A stretch of DNA of 64,000 nt from Abditibacterium sp. (GCA_965199495.1 CBDASK010000003.1:3904001-3968000), one strand, 5' to 3'; positions 10,739 through 21,900 are shown, counted from the first letter of the stretch. Notes: generated by a model not told the origin, from the sequence alone. Made by a program: numbers and translations.

Positions 10739-11788
10739 TTAGTGACCGCGCAGTTTGTCCAGGTTGGCCTTAAACGCATCCACCGTATCTTTGGTGATGG
10801 CCTTGGTCGGCACAATGATGACGCCTGAAGCGGGCACGACCGATTTGTCGCCGTTGAGATATTTGTTCATGTTGATAATGGACAAATAGCCGAATTCGTA
10901 GGGCTGCTGGACGACGGTGGCGTCAATGGCGCCCGATTTTACGCCCGCGAGCGTGTCGGGTTCTTCGTCGAAACAGACGATTTTAACTTTTCCAACTTTA
11001 TTAGCCGATTTGACCGCCGTCAGAATCGCCGGGCCGTTGTAGCTCCATAATCCAACGCACGCGGCGAGGTCGGGATATTTCACGAGGGCGTCCGAAACGT
11101 TGGAGACAGCGCGACCCCGGTCGGCGCTGTCGGTGCGCACGTCCAGAATCTGAACCTTGGAGTCAGCGATGGCTTCTTTCAAGCCTTTATAACGGTCGGC
11201 GGCATTTTGCGCGTCAATTTCGCCGACGAAGACCATGACTTTGCCGCCGTTGGGCAACGCTTTTTTCAACAGCTCGCCCGCCTGTTTGCCCGCCGCCACG
11301 TTGTCGGTGCCGATGTAACAGGTGCGCTTGCTTTTGGGCGCATCCGAGTCCTGCGTGAAGACCAGCGCCTGACCTGCGGCCTTGTCGAGCAGGGCGGTCT
11401 CGTTGGCCGGGTCAACCGGCGAAATCGCGATGCCGTCAATATTCTTGGAAAGCAAGTCGTTGACGAGCTGCGTCTGTTCGGCGGCGGTGCCCTGACCGGG
11501 CAACTGCACCTCGACCGAAACATTGGGCAATTCGGCGTCGGCTTTCTCGACACCTTTGCGCGCCACCGTCCAGTAATCGGAAGAGTTGTTGGTGACAAAC
11601 GCCAATTTGAGCTGTTTGCCGCCCGTCGAACCGCTTGCCACGTTGCCGGTGGCTGCATCGAGCGGGCCAGTGGCCGTGGCCGAGTTGGAAGTATCAGCCG
11701 CAGGAGTGCAACCGGACAACAGGCCAGCGAGCAGAAGCGGAGTTGCCAGCGTCAGACGCGTCAACTGGGGAGAAAAAGAATTTTTCAT
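10739..11788 (-). CDS. Sugar ABC transporter substrate-binding lipoprotein
   Basis: Lipobox LLSGC. Peripla_BP motifs DGIAISP, YIGTDN, VVQQPYEFGY. Confidence 0.9.
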   Translation of the reverse strand: MKNSFSPQLTRLTLATPLLLAGLLSGCTPAADTSNSATATGPLDAATGNVASGSTGGKQLKLAFVTNNSSDYWTVARKGVEKADAELPNVSVEVQLPGQGTAAEQTQLVNDLLSKNIDGIAISPVDPANETALLDKAAGQALVFTQDSDAPKSKRTCYIGTDNVAAGKQAGELLKKALPNGGKVMVFVGEIDAQNAADRYKGLKEAIADSKVQILDVRTDSADRGRAVSNVSDALVKYPDLAACVGLWSYNGPAILTAVKSANKVGKVKIVCFDEEPDTLAGVKSGAIDATVVQQPYEFGYLSIINMNKYLNGDKSVVPASGVIIVPTKAITKDTVDAFKANLDKLRGH

Positions 11789-11933
11789 GGGAGTAGGATT
11801 TTATTATATGCGGACACTTATTGCAGCGAAATTTACGTTTTTCTGAGTTTGCTGCGCGAGAGGCACACGAAAAACAATTTTTTGATGAGGTTTTGCACCT
11901 ATTTTTCGGGGCGCAGCAACGTTTTTCTCTTGT

Positions 11934-14852
11934 TTACTTGCCCGCACTAATCGTCACCGCGCCGCTTTGCAACCCATCCGAACTCGCGCGCAATACAATC
12001 GGCCCACTCTCGCCTTTCTTGGCGCGCACGATGACCAACGCCAAGCCATTAAACGCGCGCCGCGAATGTGAGTGAAACGCGGTTAAATCGGTGGCATCGC
12101 CGTTGTCGGTTGCCACGATTTCGCCGGGGCCGCTGATGGTAAAGTTCAATTCGTTGTGCGAACGCGGCACCATCAATCCCTGCGCGTCGGCGACTTTGAC
12201 GGTGACAAACGATAAATCCTTACCATCGTTTTTGATTTTATCGCGGTCGGCGTTCATCGCGATACGAGCAGCCACGCCGGTTGTCTTCACGGTGTCGCTC
12301 GCCCACTGTTTGCCGTTTTTATAGGTCACGACGCGCAGTTCGCCCGGCTGATAAACCACGTCGTCCCAGCGCAAACGATATTGGAATTCGCCTTTTTTGC
12401 GGCGGCCCAGACTTTTGCCGTTGAGAAAGAGTTCGGCTTCGTCGCCCGATGTGTAAACAATCACCGGCGTGACCTGACCGATTCTGTCCGGCCAATTCCA
12501 GTGCGGCAGAATGTGCGCCATCGGAAAGTCGGGGCGCCAGTGCGCCTGATAAATATAGAAGCGGTCTTTGGGGAAACCGGCCAAATCCACGATGCCGAAA
12601 TACGAACTGCGGGAGGGACTTTTGATGCGGCCAAACTCGGCCAACTGCTTTTCGGCGCGGGTGCGCTCGGCGGGATCGGAATAGTTGAGCGCGTTGGTCG
12701 GGTCGGCACTATACGGCGTCGGCTCGCCCAGATAATCGAAGCCCGTCCACACGAACTCGCCCGCGACGGCGGGATTGCGGTCTTGCGCTTCAAATTCCTT
12801 GTCGGGCAACGAACCCCACGGCACGGCGTAGAGATCGTAGGAACTGACCTGAAAATCGACTTCGGAATCTTCGGCCTTGTTGGTGGCCGGGAAGAAATAC
12901 TCGCCGCGCGACGAAATCGCCGACGCGGTTTCGCTGCCGAAAAGCGGGATCGTCGGGTGATTTTTGAGAAAAGCGGGATAGTTCTGCGGCTTGTAGTTGA
13001 AACCGAAAATATCGGTCGTCTCTTCAAACCCGTTGTCCGCCGCCTGAAAATAGTTGTTGCCGCTGCCGACCGGGCGCGTTGCGTCTTCGGAATGAAAGAT
13101 GTCGGTCAGGCGCCGCGAGATCGCCGCGCCCGCCGTTGTGCCTTGTTCGGGCACTTCGTTGCCCGAACTCCACGCGATCACGCTCGGATGATTGCGGTCG
13201 CGCCTCACGTAAGCGCGAATGTCTTTTTCGGCCCACTTATCGAACAAAGTCGCGTAGCCAGTCGGTTTTTTGGGAATAGTCCAGGTATCGGAAAACTCGT
13301 CCAACACCAAAATCCCCATCTCGTCGCACAAATCCAACAGTTCGGGATCGGGCGGATTATGCGAAGTTCGCAGCGCGTTCACGCCCATACTTTGCAAAAT
13401 TTGCAGTTGCCGCTGCGCCGCGCGCCGGTTCCACGCCGAACCCAGCGCGCCCAGATCGTGGTGCATGCAAACGCCCTGAATTTGCACGACTTCGCCGTTG
13501 AGCAAAAAACCTTTATCGGCGACCCACGCGATGTCGCGCACGCCAAACGGCGTGCTATAACGATCCAAAACTTGCTTGCCGTCTTTGATTTGCGTCACGA
13601 GCGTATAGCGATACGGGTCTTTCAAATTCCACTTGCGCGCGCCAAAAAACATCAGCGCATTGCTAACGGTTTGCGAGGCGCCCGCTTTGAGCGAAACCGG
13701 CGAATCGGTTTGCGCGACGACTTTGAGATTGGCGTCCAGAACCGTCGAAACCAGCCGCACATCGCGCGCTTTGGCGCCCTCGTTTTGCAGCGTCGTCTTG
13801 ATGCCGATGCGCGCCGGGCCAGCCTTTTTGGTGTTGCCATCGCCCACGCTTTGCGCGTCAACCTGCGTGCCCCAGTGCGCGACGTGAACCGGATTTGTCA
13901 GCGTCAAATGAACGTCGCGATAAATGCCGCCGCCGGGATACCAACGCGCCGAATCGGGCAAATTATCCAGCCGAATCGCCAGTTTATTTGGCGCGCCGGG
14001 TTTGATAAACGGCGTTAAATCGAGCGCCCACGACGCGTAGCCATAAGGCCAGCCGCCGACGTATTGGCCGTTGCACCAGACGCGGGCGTTCGACATCGCG
14101 CCGTCCATTTCGAGCAAAACGCGCTTGTTCGCGTCGTTAGCAGCCACGGCGAAGGTCTTGCGATACCAACCGACACCCGACCACGGCAATTTGCCGGTTT
14201 CGCCGGGCAAATTAATATCGAAATCGCCTTCGATGCCCCAGTCGTGCGGCAAATCGAGCAGACGCCAACTGCTGTCGTCGTAGTTCGCGCCCGTCGCGGC
14301 GGATTCGATGGGCGCGCCGATTTGCACGCCGACATCGCCCATGATGCCGCCCGCGCCCGCCGTGTTCTCGACCAAAACCGCGATTTCGTTGGGCGCGTTG
14401 GGTTTCCACGCGATTCCAATCGGCGCCTCAAAAGGCGAACTCCAGCCTTCATTGGTGCGTATTTTCTGGCCGTTGAGGTAAACCGTGGCGTTATCGTCTA
14501 CGCTGGCAAAGTGCAACGATTTCGGCGTCGTGGCTGAGGGCGCCAGCGTCGCGCGAAACCAACCGAACCCTTTTTGGCCGTTGAAAACATCATCGCCCGT
14601 CGCGACCGTTTTCCACTCGGCCTCGGCGGTATCCGCGCGCAAATCCGCCCTATCGTTGCCGCTTTTGAAGCGCCAATTTTCGATTTTGTAGCCGGTGCCC
14701 AACGGTTTGGCATCGGAGAAATCGCCCAGATGAAAGCGCCAGTTGTCGTCGAAGTTCAAGCGCTGTCTTGAACTGTTTTGTGAATGCGCGCTGGTGGGAG
14801 TCAAAGCCGCGCAAGCCAAAGCCAACGCGAGCGAATTGTGGGACAGTCTCAT
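11934..14852 (-). CDS. Secreted GH2 beta-galactosidase-like glycoside hydrolase
   Basis: LPHDW, RWYPGGGIYR, GVCMHHDLG, RTSHNPP, RNHPSVIAWSSGNE, WTGFDYLGEPTPY. Signal peptide from ATG 14852. Confidence 0.92.
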   Translation of the reverse strand: MRLSHNSLALALACAALTPTSAHSQNSSRQRLNFDDNWRFHLGDFSDAKPLGTGYKIENWRFKSGNDRADLRADTAEAEWKTVATGDDVFNGQKGFGWFRATLAPSATTPKSLHFASVDDNATVYLNGQKIRTNEGWSSPFEAPIGIAWKPNAPNEIAVLVENTAGAGGIMGDVGVQIGAPIESAATGANYDDSSWRLLDLPHDWGIEGDFDINLPGETGKLPWSGVGWYRKTFAVAANDANKRVLLEMDGAMSNARVWCNGQYVGGWPYGYASWALDLTPFIKPGAPNKLAIRLDNLPDSARWYPGGGIYRDVHLTLTNPVHVAHWGTQVDAQSVGDGNTKKAGPARIGIKTTLQNEGAKARDVRLVSTVLDANLKVVAQTDSPVSLKAGASQTVSNALMFFGARKWNLKDPYRYTLVTQIKDGKQVLDRYSTPFGVRDIAWVADKGFLLNGEVVQIQGVCMHHDLGALGSAWNRRAAQRQLQILQSMGVNALRTSHNPPDPELLDLCDEMGILVLDEFSDTWTIPKKPTGYATLFDKWAEKDIRAYVRRDRNHPSVIAWSSGNEVPEQGTTAGAAISRRLTDIFHSEDATRPVGSGNNYFQAADNGFEETTDIFGFNYKPQNYPAFLKNHPTIPLFGSETASAISSRGEYFFPATNKAEDSEVDFQVSSYDLYAVPWGSLPDKEFEAQDRNPAVAGEFVWTGFDYLGEPTPYSADPTNALNYSDPAERTRAEKQLAEFGRIKSPSRSSYFGIVDLAGFPKDRFYIYQAHWRPDFPMAHILPHWNWPDRIGQVTPVIVYTSGDEAELFLNGKSLGRRKKGEFQYRLRWDDVVYQPGELRVVTYKNGKQWASDTVKTTGVAARIAMNADRDKIKNDGKDLSFVTVKVADAQGLMVPRSHNELNFTISGPGEIVATDNGDATDLTAFHSHSRRAFNGLALVIVRAKKGESGPIVLRASSDGLQSGAVTISAGK

Positions 14853-15053
14853 GGGAAATTGGGTGGGTAAGCCGTTGAACAAAGAAAACGGCGGGAGTCA
14901 AACAGTCGTCTGGCGAATACGTTCGCCGATGGCCACGGAGAGTTTAATCAACAGAAGGCCATGCGAGGGCGCTTGTCCGCGCAGACGGTCGCTCCCTATT
15001 GCATCTTGACAATCTAATCCGACAATAGAGATTCGTTGCAAATTTCAATGTTC

Positions 15054-15123
15054 GGCGGGGCTTGCGCTCTCTTCCAATCGGGACTCGCCTTCGCACCCGA
15101 TTGGAAGGGAGCGCAAGACCGGC
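15054..15123. repeat. Palindromic repeat (CTTCCAATC/GATTGGAAG family), copy 1
   Basis: Arms CTTGCGCTCTCTTCCAATCGGG / CCCGATTGGAAGGGAGCGCAAG. Related to 38690-38777. Confidence 0.75.
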
Positions 15124-15215
15124 AAACGTTGCGCTTGGCGCGCAACTGTCCGCCTATAAAGTAAATTATGTCCATGCCTCAATCAGGTAAATCCGCGTTC
15201 AAACACCTTTGAATT

Positions 15216-16712
15216 ATGATCAACCAACTCACCATCAACGCCGACCAGCCCGGCGCGGTTATTTCGCGCCACATTTACGGGCATTTCGCCGAACATTTGG
15301 GCCGTTGCATCTACGAGGGTTTCTGGGTCGGCGAAGACTCGGAGATTCCCAATACGCGCGGCATTCGCAACGATACCGTTGCGGCACTGCGCCAACTCAA
15401 TATTCCCAATCTGCGCTGGCCCGGTGGCTGCTTCGCCGACGAGTATCATTGGATGGACGGCATCGGCCCGCGCGCGAACCGTAAGACCATCGTGAATACG
15501 CATTGGGGCAACGTGATCGAGAACAATAGTTTCGGCACCCACGAGTTTTTCGATTTGTGCGAAATGCTGGGCGCGCAGCCGTATATTTGCGGCAACGTCG
15601 GATCGGGAACGGTGCAGGAGATGGCCGATTGGATCGAATATATCACCCATCCCGGCGGCTCGGCTATGGCCGATTTGCGCAAACAGAACGGGCGCGCCGA
15701 GCCGTGGAAACTGCCGTTTTTCGGCGTCGGCAACGAAAACTGGGGCTGCGGCGGTCATATGCGCCCCGAATTTTATGCCGACCAATATCGGCGCTACCAA
15801 ACTTATGTGCGACAACATGGCGACGAGAAAATCACCAAAATCGCGGGTGGCGCCAACTCCCACGACACGAACTGGACGGAAGTTTTAATGGAGCGCTCCG
15901 CCAATTACATGGACGGGCTTTCGCTGCACTATTACACCATCGCGGGCAACTGGGAAAACAAGGGCAGCGCCACGCAGTTCGACGAAACCGAGTATTTCGC
16001 GACGCTGCGCAATTGCCTGAAAACCGACGAGTTGGTGAGGCGCCACAGCACGATCATGGACAAAACCGACCCCGCGAAACGCATCGGCCTGATCGTGGAC
16101 GAGTGGGGCGCTTGGTGGAACGTCGAGCCGAACACCAATCCCGGATTCTTGTATCAGCAAAACAGCCAGCGCGATGCCCTTGTCGCCGGGCTGAGCCTCA
16201 ACATTTTCAACAGCCACGCCGACCGCGTCAAAATGGCCAACATCGCCCAGACCATCAACGTTTTGCAGGCGATGATTCTGACCGATGGCGCCCAAATGTT
16301 GTTGACGCCGACCTATCACGTTTTCGAGATGTATAAAGTGCATCAGGACGCGCGATTGTTGCCGCATTTTTTACAGTCCGCCGATTACAGCCACGGCGAC
16401 GCGACGGTTCCCGCGCTCAACGCTTCGGCCTCGCGCGACGCCGATGGGCGCGTTCATATTTCGCTGTGCCACACCGATCCGACGCGCGAAGCGACGTTGC
16501 AAATTGACGTGCGCGGCCTCGAAATAAGCGGCGCAACGGGCCGCGTTTTGAACGCTGAAACCCTGCAAAGTCACAACACTTTCGAGCAACCCGACGCGTT
16601 AAAGCCGCGCGCTTTGACCGAGGCACAGTTGCGACATAGAGGCGAGCGTCTGAACGTAATTTTGCCGCCCGCCTGCGTCGCGGTTCTGACGCTGGAAAGC
16701 CGAGGGCGTTAG
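15216..16712 (+). CDS. Alpha-L-arabinofuranosidase, GH51
   Basis: [53 protein letters not shown]. Confidence 0.95.
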   Translation: MINQLTINADQPGAVISRHIYGHFAEHLGRCIYEGFWVGEDSEIPNTRGIRNDTVAALRQLNIPNLRWPGGCFADEYHWMDGIGPRANRKTIVNTHWGNVIENNSFGTHEFFDLCEMLGAQPYICGNVGSGTVQEMADWIEYITHPGGSAMADLRKQNGRAEPWKLPFFGVGNENWGCGGHMRPEFYADQYRRYQTYVRQHGDEKITKIAGGANSHDTNWTEVLMERSANYMDGLSLHYYTIAGNWENKGSATQFDETEYFATLRNCLKTDELVRRHSTIMDKTDPAKRIGLIVDEWGAWWNVEPNTNPGFLYQQNSQRDALVAGLSLNIFNSHADRVKMANIAQTINVLQAMILTDGAQMLLTPTYHVFEMYKVHQDARLLPHFLQSADYSHGDATVPALNASASRDADGRVHISLCHTDPTREATLQIDVRGLEISGATGRVLNAETLQSHNTFEQPDALKPRALTEAQLRHRGERLNVILPPACVAVLTLESRGR

Positions 16713-16753
16713 TCGCCAACAGAGATAAATTCTGCTATATTGTTCGTTTATCC

Positions 16754-17776
16754 ATGAAAAATTCTTTTCAACGCCCCGCATTGCTGGGCTTAGCGCTGTG
16801 CGGCGCCGTCACGCTTTCGGCGCTGGCGGGCTGCAACCGCGAAAGCGCCACGACGGCTTCCAACCCTAACGCCACGCCCGGCGCCAAGCGTTATAAAATC
16901 GGTTTCGCCAACCTAACCGAAGATATTCCCTTTGCCGTGCGCGTGCGCGAGGGCATACAAAAAGCCGCCAAAGATGCGGGCAACGTGGATTTGGTCATCG
17001 CCGACAACAAGCTCGACGGCGCCACGGCCCTCGCCAACGCCGATAACTTCCTCACGCAGGGCGTGCAGGGCGTCATCGAATTTCAGACCGACGAAAAATT
17101 CGGCAAAAGCATCATGGATAAGATGAACGCGAAGAAAATTCCGGTCATCGCCATTGATATTCCGATGCCGGGCGCCACGTTTTTCGGCGTCGATAATCCG
17201 GTCGCGGGCAACATGGCGGGCAAAGGTCTGGGCGAGTGGATCAAGAAAAATTGGAACGGCAAAGTGGATAATTTGATTATGCTCGAACTGCCGCAAAGTG
17301 GCCCCGTGCCCGCCGCCCGCCTGAAAGGCGAGCGCGATGGTTTGGAAGGCATCGTTGGCAAAATTCCCGAAGACAAAGTCAAACATCTGGACTCGAAAAA
17401 CACGCTGGAAGAGGCGCGCAAGTTGGTTTCGGACACGCTGACAACTTTGCCGGGTGTCAACCATATCGCTATTGTTTGCATCAACGACGACACCGCGCAG
17501 GGCGCCATCGTCGCGGCGCAGGCGGCGGGGCGCAGCAAAGACATCGCCGTCGTGGCTATTGATGCCAGCGACCGGGGCCGCGAAGAGATTATGAAACCCA
17601 ACAGCCCGCAAATCGGCTCGACGGCTTCGTTTCCCGAAAAATATGGCGAAAAGCTGATTCCCGCGATGATCAAGGCCATTGACGGCGCGAAGTTGCCCGA
17701 AAAGTTTTATACGACGCACGCGTTCATCACCAAAGAGAATATGGCGCAGTATTATCCAGAGAGCGTTAAAAAATAG
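16754..17776 (+). CDS. Sugar ABC transporter substrate-binding lipoprotein
   Basis: Lipobox LAGC, IPVIAIDI, CINDDTAQG. Confidence 0.88.
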   Translation: MKNSFQRPALLGLALCGAVTLSALAGCNRESATTASNPNATPGAKRYKIGFANLTEDIPFAVRVREGIQKAAKDAGNVDLVIADNKLDGATALANADNFLTQGVQGVIEFQTDEKFGKSIMDKMNAKKIPVIAIDIPMPGATFFGVDNPVAGNMAGKGLGEWIKKNWNGKVDNLIMLELPQSGPVPAARLKGERDGLEGIVGKIPEDKVKHLDSKNTLEEARKLVSDTLTTLPGVNHIAIVCINDDTAQGAIVAAQAAGRSKDIAVVAIDASDRGREEIMKPNSPQIGSTASFPEKYGEKLIPAMIKAIDGAKLPEKFYTTHAFITKENMAQYYPESVKK

Positions 17777-17977
17777 TCGCCTGATTTTCTACGGCCACGC
17801 CGCAAGTCACGCCCTGTTGGGGCCGGACAGCATCCGCCAGTCAAAACTGCTAACCTTATCGTCGTATTCAAGCCGCCGTAGCGACCAAATCTATAACGTT
17901 ATGTATTAAAGGGTTGTGATGCGATAACGCGCGCTCCAAAAAAGGGCGACCGACAGTGACTTTGGGGGACTTTTCTT

Positions 17978-19471
17978 ATGAACCAAACTCCGCTTCTTTC
18001 GATGCGCGGCATCCGCAAAAGTTTTTCGGGTGTGGAAGTTTTGCATGGCGTTGATTTGACGCTCAATTCCGGCGAAGTGCTGGCTTTAATGGGCGAAAAC
18101 GGCGCGGGCAAGTCCACGTTGATGAAAATTCTCAATGGCGATTACACGCGCGACGGCGGCGAAATCGGAGTTGACGGGCAGATCGTCAACTTTGCTTCGC
18201 CGCGCGACGCCGAGGTCGCGGGCGTGCAGATGATTCATCAGGAATTGGCTTACGCGCCCGATCTGTCGGTCGCCGAAAATGTGTTGATGGGCCATCTGCC
18301 GCGCCGGGGCGGCTTCATGGTGGATTGGCCCGCCGCGCACGCAGCCACGGCGCAGGTGTTAAAGCGTCTCAAAGCTGATTTTAGTTCGCGCGACATCATG
18401 GGAAGTTTGAGCGTTGGGCAGCAACAGTTGGTCGAAATCGCCAAAGCGCTGTCGCGCGAGGCGCGCATTTTAGTCATGGACGAACCGACGGCGGCTTTAA
18501 CTTCGCGCGAAGTCAGTTTGCTTTTCGAGACGATTGCTGGTCTGCGCGCGCAGGGCGTGGGCATCGTTTATATTTCGCACCGCTTGGACGAAGTCGAGGA
18601 GATCGCTGACCGCGTGGCCGTCTTGCGCGACGGCGTGGCTGTGGGCGAGCAACCGATGAGCGCGGTTTCGCGCGCGCAAATCGTTCACATGATGGTCGGT
18701 CGCGAAGTCGAAAGCCACGCGAAGTCGCGCGGCGTGAACGAGCGCGAAATCGTGTTGCAGGTCGAAGGTTTGACGCGGCCCCATCGTTTCGAGGGCGTGA
18801 GTTTTTCCGTTCGTGCGGGCGAAATCGTCGGTTTATACGGACTTTTGGGCGCCGGACAAATGGACGTGATGCGCGCGTTGTTTGGTAGCCCCGCCGCCGC
18901 TGCGGGCGAAATTGTGATGAACGGGAATCGAGTTCGCGTGAACTCTGTGCCCGATGCGATTGGCGCGGGCATCGGTCTGGTTTCGGAAGATCGCAAGCGC
19001 GAAGGTTTGGTTTTGGGCATGAGCGTCTCGGACAATTTGACGCTGGGCAATTGGGATGTCGTGTCGAAAAACGGCATATTGAACCAGAAAGTTGAGATGG
19101 CTCGGACGGCGCACTGGACGCAACGCCTGGGCATTCGCGCGCGCGGGCCGTCGCAGCCCGTCGGCACGCTGAGCGGCGGCAACCAACAAAAAGTCGTTTT
19201 GGCGCGTTGGCTGGAGGCGGGCACTAAAGTGTTGCTGCTGGCCGAGCCGACGCGCGGCGTTGACGTGGGCGCACGCGCCGATATTTACGGCGTGTTGGAA
19301 GAACTGCGCGAGCAGGGCTTGGCCTTGGTAATGGTTTCGACCGACATGGAAGAAGTTTTGGCGCTGTCGGATCGGATTTTGGTGTTGGTACGCGGGCGCA
19401 TCGTGCGCGAGTTCGGGCGCGAAGAAGCGACGCAAGAACTGTTGCTGGCGAGCGCGGCGGGGCAGGAGTAG
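17978..19471 (+). CDS. Monosaccharide ABC transporter ATP-binding protein
   Basis: GENGAGKST, MDEPT, LSGGNQQKV, EPTRGVDVGA. Confidence 0.95.
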   Translation: MNQTPLLSMRGIRKSFSGVEVLHGVDLTLNSGEVLALMGENGAGKSTLMKILNGDYTRDGGEIGVDGQIVNFASPRDAEVAGVQMIHQELAYAPDLSVAENVLMGHLPRRGGFMVDWPAAHAATAQVLKRLKADFSSRDIMGSLSVGQQQLVEIAKALSREARILVMDEPTAALTSREVSLLFETIAGLRAQGVGIVYISHRLDEVEEIADRVAVLRDGVAVGEQPMSAVSRAQIVHMMVGREVESHAKSRGVNEREIVLQVEGLTRPHRFEGVSFSVRAGEIVGLYGLLGAGQMDVMRALFGSPAAAAGEIVMNGNRVRVNSVPDAIGAGIGLVSEDRKREGLVLGMSVSDNLTLGNWDVVSKNGILNQKVEMARTAHWTQRLGIRARGPSQPVGTLSGGNQQKVVLARWLEAGTKVLLLAEPTRGVDVGARADIYGVLEELREQGLALVMVSTDMEEVLALSDRILVLVRGRIVREFGREEATQELLLASAAGQE

Positions 19472-19489
19472 GGAATCGCAGTTCAATCT

Positions 19490-19588
19490 CCCGTAGAGAC
19501 GCCGATTTATCGCGTCTAAAACGTCAGAAATCCTGCGACGTTGATTTGCTTCAACGTTTTAGACGCGATAAATCGGCGTCTCTACGGG
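19490..19588. repeat. REPIN, GTAG-AGACGCCGATTTATCGCGTCT family
   Basis: About 35-bp perfect inverted arms beginning with CCCGTAG, each with an internal hairpin. Confidence 0.85.
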
Positions 19589-19616
19589 CAGGAGACTTTA
19601 AAACGCAACCAACAAA

Positions 19617-20618
19617 ATGGAACAAACTCCTTTAAATTCGACCACGCTCGAACCAGCCACGGCGCCTGCCAAGCGCGGTTTCGCGCGCTTCAATCTGGGC
19701 GATTCGCTCGGTCTCGTCGGCATTTATCTGCTGCTGTGTCTGGCCCTTTTCATCGCCACGCCTTACTTTTTGACTCTCAGCAACTTCTCCAATATTTTTC
19801 GCGATTCCGCCGTCATCGGCATCATTGCCATCGCGATGACCGCCGTCATTGTGTCGGGCGGTATTGATTTGTCGGTCGGTTCAGTTGTGGCATTAATTGG
19901 CGTCACCATCGCGCAACTTTCGAGCAAAATGCCGATGGGCGGCGCCGTGGCTGTTGCGCTGTTGGTGGGTGTCATCTTCGGTTTGTTCAATGGTTTCGCG
20001 GTCACGCGCGTTGGCATCAATCCGCTCATTGCGACATTGGGCACTTTGTCCATCGGGCGCGGGTTGGCGCTGATTTTTTCGGGCGGATTGTCGCAGTCCA
20101 TCAACTCCGATGGCTTCGCTTTTCTGGGGCAGGGCCGACCGCTGGGCATTCCGTTTCCCGTGATTATCATGCTGGCGCTGTTCGCTCTGGCCGCTTGGAT
20201 TATGCGTGCCACAGTTTTCGGGCGCTCGATTTATGCGATTGGCGGCAATCCGAACGCGTCGCGATTGGCGGGTTTGCCGGTTTCTAATCTGCAATTGTCG
20301 GTCTATCTGTTGTGCGCGCTGGGCGCGACATTGGGCGGATTGATTCAGGCGTCGCAGTTGGGCGCGGGCGCGCCCGCCGCCGCGCAGGGCATCGAACTGA
20401 GCGTTATCGCCGCCGTCATTCTGGGCGGCACATCTCTGAGCGGCGGCAAAGGCACGATTTTCGGCACACTTTTGGGCGTCTTGATTCTGGGCACGCTTAA
20501 CAATGGTTTGACGCTTTTGAGCGTCAGTTCCTATTATCAGGACGTGGCGCGCGGCGTGGTTTTGTTATTGGCGGTCGGACTGGATCAGTTGCGTTTGCGT
20601 CTGGCGGCGCGCGACTGA
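19617..20618 (+). CDS. Monosaccharide ABC transporter permease (RbsC-like)
   Basis: GGIDLSVGS, FGRSIYAIGGN, ELSVIAAVILGGTSLSGG. Confidence 0.93.
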   Translation: MEQTPLNSTTLEPATAPAKRGFARFNLGDSLGLVGIYLLLCLALFIATPYFLTLSNFSNIFRDSAVIGIIAIAMTAVIVSGGIDLSVGSVVALIGVTIAQLSSKMPMGGAVAVALLVGVIFGLFNGFAVTRVGINPLIATLGTLSIGRGLALIFSGGLSQSINSDGFAFLGQGRPLGIPFPVIIMLALFALAAWIMRATVFGRSIYAIGGNPNASRLAGLPVSNLQLSVYLLCALGATLGGLIQASQLGAGAPAAAQGIELSVIAAVILGGTSLSGGKGTIFGTLLGVLILGTLNNGLTLLSVSSYYQDVARGVVLLLAVGLDQLRLRLAARD

Positions 20619-20886
20619 TGTGCGTTGTCCGGCTTTCGCAGCCAATTTTTATTAATCGCGGGTCATCGAGCCACATTTCGTTTCTGGAAACCACGATACA
20701 AACCACGGCAGAGCAGACCAGTTACGCGCCGGTGATACCGTTGAAAGCTGACGTGCAGATTACCCGGCGGCAAAAATCGCCGGTTACTAAAGTTTATGAA
20801 GTGAAAGCCGGGCGCCAAGTTTTCGCGGTGGCAAGCGCGAAATAAGTTTTCACGCCGCGCGCAAATTCGTTAAGCTAAAATAACCT

Positions 20887-21783
20887 ATGACAGCTCCTCA
20901 CGCCCCCTTTGGGCCGCTGATTACCGCGATGGTCACGCCGTTCGATCCAAGCGGCGCCGTGGATTACAATCGCGCGCAAGAACTCGCGACTCGACTTTTA
21001 GCCAATGGTTCGTCCGGTCTGGTCGTCACCGGCACGACCGGCGAAAGCCCAACACTCTCGCCCGACGAAAAACTTGAACTCTATCGTCGCGTGAAAGAGG
21101 TCGCGGGCAACGCGCCTGTTATCGCCAATTCGGGTGACAACGAAACCGCGTTTTCCGTCGAATTCTCCAAACGTGCGCAAGACACCGGCGTTGACGCGCT
21201 TTTATTGGTTGTGCCGTATTATTCCAAGCCGTCGCAGGAAGGTTTGTATCGTCATTTCAAAACTATCGCCGAAGCCGTGGATTTGCCGTGTCTGCTTTAT
21301 AACGTGCCGGGCCGCACCGCGCGCAATATGAGCGCGGCCACGCAGGCGCGTTTGAGCGAGATTCCCAACATCGTCGGCACCAAAGAGGCGTCGGGCGACT
21401 TGGTGCAAATCGCCACTTTGCGCGCGCACACGCCGCCCGATTGGGCGATTTATTCGGGCGACGACCCGGCGATGCTGCCGATGATGCCGCTGGGCGCGTG
21501 CGGCTGCATTTCGGTGTTGGCTCATATCGCGGGGAGGGAATTTCGCGCGATGATTGACGCGTTCTGGGCGGGCGAAATGGACAAAGCGCGCGAATTGCAT
21601 TTGCGCTTGCTGCCGGTCATCGCGGCGTTGTTTCCAGTTGACACGCCTTCGCCCGCGCCGGTTAAGGCGGCGCTGGAGTTGCAAGGTTTCGGTTGCGGCG
21701 GCTTGCGTTTGCCTTTGGTTGAATGCGACGAAAGTGAGCGCGCGAGTTTGAAGCGCGTGATGGAAACGGCGGGCTTGCTGTAA
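20887..21783 (+). CDS. dapA: 4-hydroxy-tetrahydrodipicolinate synthase
   Basis: TAMVTPF, GTTGESPTL, PYYSKP, YNVPGRT, KEASG, YSGDD. Confidence 0.93.
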   Translation: MTAPHAPFGPLITAMVTPFDPSGAVDYNRAQELATRLLANGSSGLVVTGTTGESPTLSPDEKLELYRRVKEVAGNAPVIANSGDNETAFSVEFSKRAQDTGVDALLLVVPYYSKPSQEGLYRHFKTIAEAVDLPCLLYNVPGRTARNMSAATQARLSEIPNIVGTKEASGDLVQIATLRAHTPPDWAIYSGDDPAMLPMMPLGACGCISVLAHIAGREFRAMIDAFWAGEMDKARELHLRLLPVIAALFPVDTPSPAPVKAALELQGFGCGGLRLPLVECDESERASLKRVMETAGLL

Positions 21784-21799
21784 CTGTAACGACTCACCA

Positions 21800-21900
21800 A
21801 TCGTAGGGGCGGGGTCACCCCGCCCCAATTATTCGCCTCGAATCGTAATGTTCATTCCGCCACATTGACTTTTTGGGCGGGGTGACCCCGCCCCTACGAT
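21800..21900. repeat. REPIN, GTAG-GGGCGGGGTCACCCCGCCC family
   Basis: ATCGTAGGGGCGGGGTCACCCCGCCC and its reverse complement about 50 bp apart. Confidence 0.85.

Noticed and set aside
20618..20886. 75-aa ORF or lysine riboswitch upstream of dapA
   Set aside because: The ORF overlaps the permease stop (TGATG) but has no recognisable motif, and no lysine riboswitch consensus is visible.
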